A DNA stretch of 64,000 bases from Candidatus Freyarchaeum deiterrae (lineage in GTDB: Archaea > Asgardarchaeota > Jordiarchaeia > Jordiarchaeales > Jordiarchaeaceae), in contig CP147778.1 of the NCBI GenBank assembly GCA_037305845.1, positions 1,120,001 through 1,184,000 on the forward strand, in the 5' to 3' direction. The translations under genes were made by a program, and so were the position numbers. Below are positions 29,844 to 38,992 of this stretch, piece after piece. Every line of letters begins with the position of its first letter. Position 1 is the stretch's first letter. Under the pieces are notes generated by a model that saw only the letters and a program-made list of their open reading frames with translations, did not search any database and was not told where the DNA came from.

Positions 29844-30692
29844 ATGGCGACTCTAAGGATAACCTGCGACAACTGCGGAGCCCCACTGCAATACTCCAAA
29901 GGAGAAACAGTCCAAACCTGCCCTTATTGTAAGTGCACAGTAACACTAATAATAAAAACAGCAGCAGCAGCAGAAGAAGAGGAAGAAGCCGAAGAAATAT
30001 CAGAAGAGGAAATGGAAGAAGCCGAAGACCATTACAAACAGGGGGTTGCCCTTTATTACAAAAGGTTGAATGATGAAGCGATTGAAGAATTCGAAGAAGC
30101 GCTAAAAATAAAACCAAACTACGCCGAAGCCCACAACGACCTAGGAGTTGCCCTCTTAGATAAGGGGCTGATTGGTGAAGCAATCAAGAAGTACAGAAAG
30201 GCGCTAAAAATAAAACCAAACCTCGCCACAGCCCACTATAATTTGGGGAATGCCCTTAGAGATAAGGGATTGCTGGATGAAGCGATCCAGGAATACAGAG
30301 AAGCAATAAGAATAAAACCAGACGACACCGACACCCACCATAATTTGGGGAATGTCCTTAAAGCAAAGAGATTATTTGATGAGGCGATACGAGAATACAG
30401 AAAAGCAATAAGAATAAAACCAGACGACCCCGACACCCACAACAACATGGGGAACGCCCTCTACGATAAAGGGCTGCTTGACGAAGCAATCAAGGAATAC
30501 AGAAAAGCGCTAAAAATAAAACCGAGCTACGTTGAAGCCCATTATAACCTGGGGAACGCCTACTATGATAAGGGGCTGCTTGACGAATCGACACGAGAAT
30601 ACAGAAAAGCGCTAAAAATAAACCCAGACCTTATTGAAGGCATTCCTAAGGATCGCCGTAAGAAGATCCTTAAGGGTAAATGGTCATTTTAG
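29844..30692 (+). CDS. Zn-ribbon plus TPR-repeat protein (tandem paralog)
   Basis: Same N-terminus MATLRI.CDNCGA; acidic linker; six TPRs. Confidence 0.88.
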   Translation: MATLRITCDNCGAPLQYSKGETVQTCPYCKCTVTLIIKTAAAAEEEEEAEEISEEEMEEAEDHYKQGVALYYKRLNDEAIEEFEEALKIKPNYAEAHNDLGVALLDKGLIGEAIKKYRKALKIKPNLATAHYNLGNALRDKGLLDEAIQEYREAIRIKPDDTDTHHNLGNVLKAKRLFDEAIREYRKAIRIKPDDPDTHNNMGNALYDKGLLDEAIKEYRKALKIKPSYVEAHYNLGNAYYDKGLLDESTREYRKALKINPDLIEGIPKDRRKKILKGKWSF

Positions 30693-31029
30693 TTTAGAGG
30701 GTCTTTTTGGGAACAAAAGAGGAGGGTATAAAAGAAATATAACTCAGATGAACAGCGATCCAGACTTTGCTGATGCATACTCAGCTTATAAATGTCCAGG
30801 TAGTTTTTTACTATGTGAAGAAACTATTTTTCCCAAAATCAAGACCCTTTTTAACAGAACTAAATTGTGTGGAGTTTTTAAGAGATTTTACAGCACTTAC
30901 GGTTGCCACCAGAAAATGTTGTCTTTAGAAGAACTAAAGGCAGCGCACTAGACTGGTGTACACGCCCATAACAAATCTTTTCCACCTATCCTCCGAATAG
31001 GAATACGCCTACACAACAGGGATGAAGCA

Positions 31030-31488
31030 ATGTCCAAAAAAGCTGAGCTGGTAAACGTTCAGAAAAGGATTGACTCACCGAATACGGGCTCCGCCCTATT
31101 CGAGATATGTAAGTGGTGCACCTGGTATCAGAAATTGGAAGTTAAAACTCTTTTCGGAACTCACGTCAAGAAGCCCTACAAAAATTGTCCTAATTGCGGT
31201 TGCCCAACCACAATAATTCCTGATGAAATAGTTTGCGCGTGCGGGGTTTGTAGAAGGCTGCTCGTAGAAAAATTCGTAATATCCCTCAACAGCGTCAAAA
31301 AAGTCTCATCAGTAGAGTATGATTACGAGTGCTACAACTGCGGAAACACAACAAACATTACCTTTCTTCATGTATGCGGCGATGGAGAACTCGGAGAATG
31401 CGACGCCTTATCAAAAAACGAAGGAGAAAAACCCATGGGATTCGAGTGCATAAGATGCCGCAAGTATGTCCAAAATACCACAATCTAG
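31030..31488 (+). CDS. Cys-rich multi-zinc-ribbon hypothetical protein
   Basis: CKWC, CPNC, CGVC, CYNC, CIRC. Confidence 0.6.
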   Translation: MSKKAELVNVQKRIDSPNTGSALFEICKWCTWYQKLEVKTLFGTHVKKPYKNCPNCGCPTTIIPDEIVCACGVCRRLLVEKFVISLNSVKKVSSVEYDYECYNCGNTTNITFLHVCGDGELGECDALSKNEGEKPMGFECIRCRKYVQNTTI

Positions 31489-32074
31489 TCTTAAAGAAAC
31501 TCATACTTTTAAAAAAATCTATTTCCAAAGTTAATAATCTTTTTACGAGTAACCATCACACCACTAAAAAAAGAGCCTAATGAACTAATAATATCCGCAA
31601 AAATTCACCTCAAGCTTCACTCCAAGCTCTTAACCAAGTCATCAAAAGCCACAGAATATTCGGAACCAGAAAAACATGCTTCTTTTTAAACATGACCTGA
31701 GATTACTCTCCCTAAAAGATAATAAACAACAAACCGGAAAATGAATAAACAAAGCCCAACACAAAAAACACAAGAAACAATAGTTAGAACACGCCCACCC
31801 TACACAAAAAAAGAACGTGAATAAAGTCACACACCCCATTTTAAAACCCGAAAAAGTAGAAACAAAACAAACTCTAAACCCTCAAAAAACACGAAAACAA
31901 AACGACCAAACACACACAAAAACAACAAACCACCAGAAACTATAGCGGACAAAACAAGCAAATAATTTATAAATTAAAAACCCTACCGTAAGACGGCGCA
32001 AAACTCATACTAACGCGCCAACAAAAAACAACCACCAATTTAAATTTATTATGACCAAAAGAAGGTAACCAACC

Positions 32075-32707
32075 ATGGTCGAAGAACAAAAAATAGTAAG
32101 AAAAACAGACCCAAAATTCATAGAAGAAATAATCGAATACGGATCAAAATACTTCACAAAAGAAGAAATGGAAAGACTAAGAGCATGTATCCAGTGCGGC
32201 ACATGCGTTTCCGGTTGCCCTTCAGGCCGTAGAACTGCTTGGCGTATTAAGAAAATCTTTAGACGGGCTCAGCTGGGGTTGAAGGAAGATGCTCTGAAAG
32301 ACGAAGGGCTCTGGGACTGTACCACGTGTTTCACGTGCCAAGAAATCAGAGCTTAGGTTTATTATTACTTACTCTGACTTGAAAGATGTCCCAGAAAGGT
32401 GCCTACTACTGATGTTGTTCGTGTGATTCGTAATATTGCTTTTAGGAATGGTATTGCTAATCCGAAGCATTTGGCTACTTGTGGTTATCTTTTCAGGTTT
32501 GGTCATGGTGTTCCGATTAATGATGATACTAAGGCGGTTAGGAAGAAGATTGGTTTGGATGAACTTCCTGCTACGGTTCATAAGTATCCTGAGGGTTTGA
32601 AAGAGGTTAATACGATAGTTGAGGAAACTGGGTTTAAGAAAGTGGTTGACGACGCTCAGAAAGAGGCTCAACAGAAGGAGGCTCAGAAGAAAGATGAAAA
32701 GAAGTAG
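32075..32707 (+). CDS. hdrC: Heterodisulfide reductase subunit C, intron-split: join(32075..32344,32384..32707), 197 aa
   Basis: CIQCGTCVSGCP, then WDCTTCFTCQE|RCPRKVPTTD after intron removal; GHGVP; followed by hdrB. Confidence 0.93.
32345..32383 (+). other. 39-nt BHB intron in hdrC
   Basis: CAAG-AA^A-TCAGAG...CTCTGA-CTTG-AA^A; contains in-frame TAG and TGA. Confidence 0.9.
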
Positions 32708-33593
32708 GTATGCTTACTTTTTGGGGTGTTTGACTCCGAATAGGTATCCTGGTATTGAGGCTGCGACTAAGGATGTGCTTAATACTTTTGATATTGATGT
32801 GTTGGAGATGAATGGTGCTTCTTGTTGTCCGGCGCCGGGGGTCTTTGGATCGTTTGATCTTTTTACTTGGTTGACTATTGCGGCTAGGAATCTTACTATT
32901 GCTGAGAGTGTGGGTGCAAATATTATGGTTACCTGTAATGGGTGTTTCGGGACTCTCCAGGAGGCTAATGAGATGCTTAAGGAGAATAAGGAGTTGAAGT
33001 CGCAGGTTAACGAGGTTTTGGCTAAGATTGGTAGGGAGTTTAAGGGTACTATTGAGGTTAAACATGTGGTTGATATTCTTAGGAACGAGGTTGGTCTTGA
33101 GAGGATTAGTGATATGACTATTCAGCCTTTGACCGGTGTTAAGGTTGGGGTGCATTATGGTTGCCACTTTTTGAAGCCGAGTTCTGTTAGGAATCAGGGG
33201 AATCCTGAGACTTCGACGATTATGGAGGAAGTGATTGGTGCTGTGGACGCGGTGCCTGTGGATTATAAGGATAAGTTGACGTGTTGTGGTGCTGGCGGTG
33301 GTGTGAGGGCTGCGAAGCTGGATGTGGCTTTGGATTTCACGAAGGAGAAGCTTGACAATATGTTGGCGGCGGGTGCTGATTGTGTCTGTACGCCCTGTGC
33401 TTTTTGTCATTTCCAGTTTGATGCGGGTCAGCAGGAAATCAATTCGAAGAGTAAGAATGGGCATTATAATCTTCCAGTGGTTTATATTACTCAGCTGGTT
33501 GGGTTGGGTTTAGGTATTTCTCCTGTTAGAATGGGGCTGTACGATAATAAGACGCAGGTTCAAACGCTGCTTGACAAGATTCGTGCAGCTTAA
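32694..33593 (+). CDS. hdrB: Heterodisulfide reductase subunit B
   Basis: YFLGC, CCPAPG, CNGC, HYGCH, CCGAGGG, CAFCHFQFD. ATG 32694 overlaps the hdrC end. Confidence 0.95.
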   Translation: MKRSRYAYFLGCLTPNRYPGIEAATKDVLNTFDIDVLEMNGASCCPAPGVFGSFDLFTWLTIAARNLTIAESVGANIMVTCNGCFGTLQEANEMLKENKELKSQVNEVLAKIGREFKGTIEVKHVVDILRNEVGLERISDMTIQPLTGVKVGVHYGCHFLKPSSVRNQGNPETSTIMEEVIGAVDAVPVDYKDKLTCCGAGGGVRAAKLDVALDFTKEKLDNMLAAGADCVCTPCAFCHFQFDAGQQEINSKSKNGHYNLPVVYITQLVGLGLGISPVRMGLYDNKTQVQTLLDKIRAA

Positions 33594-33693
33594 TTCCATC
33601 CTTTTTTTACTTAATTTTAACAAAAGAAAAAAATCGGTTTAAGGGAAGGTTTTCCTGTTTTTTTCTTTATTTTTTCTGCTTAAGTTAATGTTT

Positions 33694-34623
33694 TTATGGT
33701 AGCGGTAGCAATATTGTCATTTGGTATAGTGATATTGCGACCAGTATTATGGGTATTATTAGTCCTGTGATTAGTGCTTTGTTTTTGGATATTTTGTGTA
33801 TGTGGATTAAGCCGTACCCGATTAGGATTCCTGTCCAGAGTATTGTTGCGTTGGGTACGATAATTTGTAAAATAAGTGTAAGGGGTGTGCTGATGGCGGT
33901 TTCTATTAATATTTCCCCGAGTATTAATTGTATCATGTATCCTTCTATGCTTGTGGATAGGGGGAACAAGAGGATAGTTGATAATGTTTGTATCTGGGGC
34001 TGGATCATGAAGATGTATATCACGCTGATTGCTGAGCCTATTATTTGGGGTGTTCCAGCGTATGCTAGGATGGTTAGTGTGTTTCTGAAGCTTCCTTCTC
34101 CTTTAAGGGCTTTAGAGAGGGCCCAGTAGATTACGGCGAAAATTGGCCATAGTATTACTATTTCTACTATTGGGAGTATAATTAATAGTGGCAGGGTTAC
34201 GGAGAGAGCTGAGTTTGTGATTGATATTATTAGTATTTGCTGAGTAATGACAGAGATGTTGGGGAGCCATGACTGAATTAAGGATGTGCTTGTGAGGAGA
34301 ATGATTGTGTTATCGATTGGTGCTGTTAATTCGCTTGTGGCGATGGCTTGAATTGATGCGATTATTATTAACATTAATATTATTAAAAGTGGACCCTTAA
34401 GATCTGGGGATTGAGATATTTCCGTGAATGTTGCATCTGGTTTGTAAAGTGCTCTAGGGATTCTTCTTAGTGCTTCCCTGAATCCAGTTTTGGGAGTTAT
34501 TGCTTCTCCAAATTGGGATTTTAAACTTGAAAGATCTGAACCGCAATGCGGGCACGTAGTGTCCTTTGGCGAAATTACGCCTCCGCAGTAAGGGCAAAAT
34601 ATGCGTTGACGACCTTTCCTCAT
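33694..34623 (-). CDS. Yip1-family membrane protein with N-terminal zinc ribbon
   Basis: CPYCG/CPHCG; P..TF.EI...PDLKGPL; GEGSF..TL...AYA..P. Confidence 0.8.
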   Translation of the reverse strand: MRKGRQRIFCPYCGGVISPKDTTCPHCGSDLSSLKSQFGEAITPKTGFREALRRIPRALYKPDATFTEISQSPDLKGPLLIILMLIIIASIQAIATSELTAPIDNTIILLTSTSLIQSWLPNISVITQQILIISITNSALSVTLPLLIILPIVEIVILWPIFAVIYWALSKALKGEGSFRNTLTILAYAGTPQIIGSAISVIYIFMIQPQIQTLSTILLFPLSTSIEGYMIQLILGEILIETAISTPLTLILQIIVPNATILWTGILIGYGLIHIHKISKNKALITGLIIPIILVAISLYQMTILLPLP

Positions 34624-34915
34624 TGTTTTTAATCCCCTTTATTAATAGTTAACGTTGTTTAAACGGTGGTTGTCGTTTAATTGGTTTGTTTATAGGTTGT
34701 TTTTATGTTTTTTCTATTTACTACTTCTGGTGGGGTCATATTTATATTTATACTGGGAATATTCGGATATAACAAAAAATTTCTATTATTAAGCATTGCA
34801 GTTTAGTGTTTAGTAATGCTTTTAAGCTTAGGATTTAGATGGGAATTTCATATGATAATATCGTGTTGAGCCAAGGTTTGCAGAGATATGCAATTATTCT
34901 TGGAGGTGCAAAGCT

Positions 34916-35404
34916 CTGGGAAAAATAAGACCTTCTTATATTAAAAGGATTGCAAAAACCCTAGCTGAAAAATTTCCGAACGTCTTCACCAGTAACTTTG
35001 ATGATGATAAGAAGCTCGTAAGTAAGTACACAAATGTAGAATCCAAAAAAGTTCGAAACAGAATAGCAGGCTATGTTGCAAGCATCGTGAAGTTCAGCCA
35101 ATATGAATACGTAGCTCCAGAGGAAGAGGAACTTCCAGAAGATTACACAGAATATGACTTTACCAGAAGAAAAGAAGCAAAAGAAGAAGCAGAAGAAGAG
35201 GCTGAAGAAGAAGTCTTAGAAGAAGCAGAAGAAGAAGAGATTATTGAAGAGGTAGCTGAAGAAGAAACTGGAAAGAAGAAGAAAGAGAAAACAAAGAAGG
35301 AAAAACCTGAGAAGAAAGAGAAAACAAAGAAGGAAAAACCTGAGAAGAAAGAGAAAACAAAGAAGGAAAAACCTGAGAAGAAAGAGAAAACAAAGAAGAA
35401 GTGA
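34916..35404 (+). CDS. rps17e: 30S ribosomal protein S17e with long acidic/basic tail; CTG start
   Basis: GGAGGTG then CTG GGA AAA ATA AGA: (M)GKIRPSYIKR...F.SNFDDDKK...SKKVRNRIAGY. No in-frame ATG/GTG/TTG back to the stop at 34856. Confidence 0.88.
   Translation: MGKIRPSYIKRIAKTLAEKFPNVFTSNFDDDKKLVSKYTNVESKKVRNRIAGYVASIVKFSQYEYVAPEEEELPEDYTEYDFTRRKEAKEEAEEEAEEEVLEEAEEEEIIEEVAEEETGKKKKEKTKKEKPEKKEKTKKEKPEKKEKTKKEKPEKKEKTKKK
35278..35398 (+). repeat. 33-bp perfect tandem repeat x3.7 (KKEKTKKEKPE) in S17e tail
   Basis: GAAGAAAGAGAAAACAAAGAAGGAAAAACCTGA at 35278, 35311 and 35344; partial copy at 35377. Confidence 0.9.
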
Positions 35405-35600
35405 AATTTAGGTTAATCTAACCAATTTTACATTTTACCTCATTATGGGTGAAAAATGTGGCTATTTTCATCCTAGTTTTTGATTTTTCTGTAACACAGA
35501 AGAGTGGCTATTTAAAATAAGGAATGCCTTTGAATTAATTATGGCACTTGTTTCTGTGTGGAATTTCCGCGAAATATTTTTATTGATTTAGTGCTTTTTT

Positions 35601-36731
35601 GTGTGTAATCATAAACTTGTGACCGAACGCAGCTTATGTTTCCTAGTCAGAAGTTTTGGAGGCAGGAATATTCTACCGAAAGATGTTTCAAGGCTTCTTA
35701 ATTCTTTAAATTTCTATCCTTCCGTATGGCGTAGCCGTGGATACTGTGCACCTGAAGAAGTGGATCTTAAGCCCACTTTGAAGTGTAATCTAAAGTGTAA
35801 GATGTGTTTTCAGCGTAAGTTGTCTGAGGAGTATCGTAGAAAGATGTACGAGTCCGAGCTCCCAACAGAGACATATCTTAATTTAATAGAGGAACTAGCT
35901 AAAATGGGTACTAGGCGAGTGCATGTGGTTGGTGGCGGAGAGCCTCTTCTTAGGAAGGATATTTTGGAGATTATGACTTCTATAAAGAAATACGGAATGG
36001 AAGGAGTTCTAACTACTAACGGCACTCTGTTTAGTGAGAATTTGATTAGGGAAATGGTTAAATTAAATTGGGACATTGCTATGTTCTCCGTCGACGGACC
36101 TATGGCTGATGTTTATGAGGACATTCGTGGGGTTAACGGTTCTTTCGATAAGGTTTATTCCTCCATGAAAACTTTAAGCGGAGTTAAAGCAGAATACGGT
36201 GTTGTTAAACCGCTTTTGCACATTCACTGTGTGATACTGAACCTGAACTTTATGATTATCGATGAAATGATTGATTTGGCACATGATGTGGGTGCAAATA
36301 TTGTTACTTTTGACAAGTATTATCCAGAGTATGAAGAGTTAATTCTCAAAAAAGAGGATATTCCAGTAACACTTAAAAATCTCCAAAAAGCATATGAGAA
36401 GGCCCAAAAATACGGGATATACATAAATGTTGAAGACTTTCTTTCGATGTGGATGAAACCATCACCCCAAACGAGATGCTACTGGCCCTGGCTTTATGCA
36501 GATATTGATCCCAACGGCGACATATTACCCTGCTGCTTTAGCCGCGATGTTATGGGAAATATTAAGAATCATAGTTTCAGACAAATTTGGGATGGTGAAA
36601 AATACAACGAGCTCCGAAAACTCTTCAAGAAAAAAGAATTACCAGACTTCTGCGAAGGATGCACGCTTTACCCGGGACTAATAAACCGCATTCCTCTAGG
36701 CAAAGCACTTCACAGTTTAAGACTAACCTAA
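35601..36731 (+). CDS. Radical SAM/SPASM protein (start uncertain)
   Basis: CNLKCKMC, GGGEP, C..PW...GDILPCC, CEGC. Confidence 0.88.
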   Translation: MCNHKLVTERSLCFLVRSFGGRNILPKDVSRLLNSLNFYPSVWRSRGYCAPEEVDLKPTLKCNLKCKMCFQRKLSEEYRRKMYESELPTETYLNLIEELAKMGTRRVHVVGGGEPLLRKDILEIMTSIKKYGMEGVLTTNGTLFSENLIREMVKLNWDIAMFSVDGPMADVYEDIRGVNGSFDKVYSSMKTLSGVKAEYGVVKPLLHIHCVILNLNFMIIDEMIDLAHDVGANIVTFDKYYPEYEELILKKEDIPVTLKNLQKAYEKAQKYGIYINVEDFLSMWMKPSPQTRCYWPWLYADIDPNGDILPCCFSRDVMGNIKNHSFRQIWDGEKYNELRKLFKKKELPDFCEGCTLYPGLINRIPLGKALHSLRLT

Positions 36732-36749
36732 AAAGCCGTAGGCTTTAGT

Positions 36750-37490
36750 CTATTTTTTAGTGTAGAAATCAAGAGATGTGGGTTTTTTCGGTAGGGGCAG
36801 CTCTATAATAGTTATTTTCTCTGTTAGGGGAAGGGCAACATTATAAACCGGTGTGTTTGCAACCTCTGCGTAACTCTTACCCATATGAGCATGCCCATGA
36901 ATCACGAAGTCTAACCTGTTACCAAGAATCAGTTTTTCGTATTTTTGGCTCCCCAGCTCAGGATACTTGGAAGGGTTTTCATCCACCAAAGTTTTGTAGG
37001 TTGGAGGATAGTGAAGTAATAAGCATTTATAGTCGGATTTTAGTTCCGAGATTAGTTTTCCAACCCTTTCCCTCGTTTCATTGTAGGTTCGCCATATATT
37101 TTGCATATTCCTTGTTTGCCAAAAAGTGGGCCTATCCAGTGAACCCTTTGAGGCAACAATGCCTAGGGTTTCGCCTCCGGATTCGAGAACGTAGGTTTCC
37201 TCCTCCAGAAATTGGATTTTACCTGATGCCTTTTTTCGGATGTCCTCATGTAATTGTTCATATTCTTCGTTCCCAAAAACTGCAACAATGGGGCAGTCAA
37301 CTCTAATCGCTTCCACAACTCTCTCTACCTCTTCTGTTTCACCCTTGTAAATGATGTCTCCCGCCAGAACAAATAAATCAATACTCTTAAGGTCTATACT
37401 AGATAATGCTTTGTTTAAAAGCTGAAGATTTTTTGGAGAGTGAATATCGGAAACCGCGGCAATCTTCAATTGTATCTCATCCCTTTTCAA
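36750..37490 (-). CDS. Calcineurin-like metallophosphoesterase
   Basis: SDIH, AGD, GNEE, HYPP, HGHAH. Confidence 0.88.
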   Translation of the reverse strand: MKRDEIQLKIAAVSDIHSPKNLQLLNKALSSIDLKSIDLFVLAGDIIYKGETEEVERVVEAIRVDCPIVAVFGNEEYEQLHEDIRKKASGKIQFLEEETYVLESGGETLGIVASKGSLDRPTFWQTRNMQNIWRTYNETRERVGKLISELKSDYKCLLLHYPPTYKTLVDENPSKYPELGSQKYEKLILGNRLDFVIHGHAHMGKSYAEVANTPVYNVALPLTEKITIIELPLPKKPTSLDFYTKK

Positions 37491-37555
37491 TGAAAAAATG
37501 TTTCAAACCCTTTTTTAGGGTTGCTACGCTATTCTATAGTTGAATATGTCGATGG

Positions 37556-38632
37556 GTGAATTTTTTGAAGCCGAAGGAACGCGTGCTAATCGCTTTGAAT
37601 CACGGAATTCCCGATAGAGTGCCGATATACGATATGGGAATTGATAGCCCTATAGTGTTGAAGCTTATGAATGCTGAGGTGTACTCTTGGGAATTGGCTG
37701 TTGAATGCCATAAAAAAATTGGTTTAGATATGATTACAGCCTGGCCGGAAACATTCCCCCTAGAATGGTTCACAGATGATAAGGGGCGGAGAGGATTTAT
37801 CGATGAATGGGGGCGGAAGCGAATATTTACCGAGGATGGAACGAAGTGGTACGCGGGAGGGATAATAAATTCAGAGGAAATCTTCAATTCTTGGAACTGG
37901 CCAGACCCCACCCTACAAAAGCGGTACTTAGATGTGGAGAAAACATTGAAACTTGCCTCTGAGCTTGCCGTTATAGGATTCGTAGGTGGCCCATTTGAGA
38001 GAGCTGCACTTGGCAGAGGACACCAGTCTATATTAATGGACTTCTTCAAAAACCCAAGCTTCGTCAGAAGGCATATGAGTAAAATTATGGAATACTGGAT
38101 TGAAGTCGGAAAAATAGAAATAGACATGGGTGTCGATGCCATTATAATTGCCGATGACTATGCCCACAAATCTGGTCCTTTCTTCTCTCCGAAAATATTT
38201 GAAAACCACATTCTACCCCTTCTCAAAAAAGAGATCTATGTCTTCAAGAAGAAAGGTGTAAAGGTCATACATCATTCGGATGGATATATTATACCTCTCA
38301 TCCCAGACTTGATCAAGGCGGGCATTGACGGCTTGCACTCCCTGGAACCCGCTGCGGGAGTAGATATTGGGCAGGTGAAAAAAAGTTATGGAGACAGCCT
38401 TGTTTTGGTGGGGAACATTGACTGCGGCTCTCTACTATCTTTCGGAAAAACAGAGGAAGTCAAAAAAGTAGTTAGAGAAACTATCACTAAGGCAGCTCCT
38501 GGAGGAGGGTATATCTTTAGTTCAAGCAATAGTCTTCACCGAGGAGTTAAGACAGATAACATTCTTGCAATGATTGAGGAAGCGAAAAAATTCAAATACA
38601 AAGACTCAACAATAAAAGAAGACTTGCAGTAA
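37556..38632 (+). CDS. Uroporphyrinogen decarboxylase / methylcobamide methyltransferase family
   Basis: PDRVP, DEWG, ADD, HSDG, GNID, GGYIFSSSN. Confidence 0.85.
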   Translation: MNFLKPKERVLIALNHGIPDRVPIYDMGIDSPIVLKLMNAEVYSWELAVECHKKIGLDMITAWPETFPLEWFTDDKGRRGFIDEWGRKRIFTEDGTKWYAGGIINSEEIFNSWNWPDPTLQKRYLDVEKTLKLASELAVIGFVGGPFERAALGRGHQSILMDFFKNPSFVRRHMSKIMEYWIEVGKIEIDMGVDAIIIADDYAHKSGPFFSPKIFENHILPLLKKEIYVFKKKGVKVIHHSDGYIIPLIPDLIKAGIDGLHSLEPAAGVDIGQVKKSYGDSLVLVGNIDCGSLLSFGKTEEVKKVVRETITKAAPGGGYIFSSSNSLHRGVKTDNILAMIEEAKKFKYKDSTIKEDLQ

Positions 38633-38992
38633 AAAAGTTTCTAAGATTTTTAAGTATGTTGAAAGCGATTACTAAGCATTACCCCCTAATTAAATAGTCA
38701 GAGCCCTTCCTAAGAATTCTAAAGAAGAAGAACGGCACTAAAGAAGTAAATATTGGGAAACGTTCTCCGATAACCCTCAGATCCATAGTTTATGGCAGCT
38801 TGGTGGGTGTACTATACATTTTTCTTGCAGTGTATGTGAGTCTTACAACAGGTGTGATTTTTATTTGGGGGATTACTATACTGGGATGCATACTCCTCTC
38901 AGTACGGGGGAGGTATAATCCCGAGGAAAAACGTGGTATTAAGTTCAATAGTAGACGGAACAGTTTGTGTATCCGCAGGCGTAGTTGCAGGT

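Noticed and set aside
32619-32693. Extended hdrB N-terminus in the ORF track
   Set aside because: It overlaps the hdrC tail. Family similarity begins at ATG 32694.
32634-33464. 276-aa antisense ORF and other shadow ORFs over conserved genes
   Set aside because: They lie opposite hdrB or other clear genes, have no motifs, and are by-products of codon bias.
34888-34915. Intron supplying an ATG to rps17e (TGCA-ATT...TGCA-AAG)
   Set aside because: The inner stem is weak and the spliced product is out of frame. A CTG start with a good RBS is simpler.
35278-35398. 33-bp repeats (and the TPR repeats) as a CRISPR array
   Set aside because: There are no spacers, the repeats are in-frame coding sequence, and no cas genes are present.
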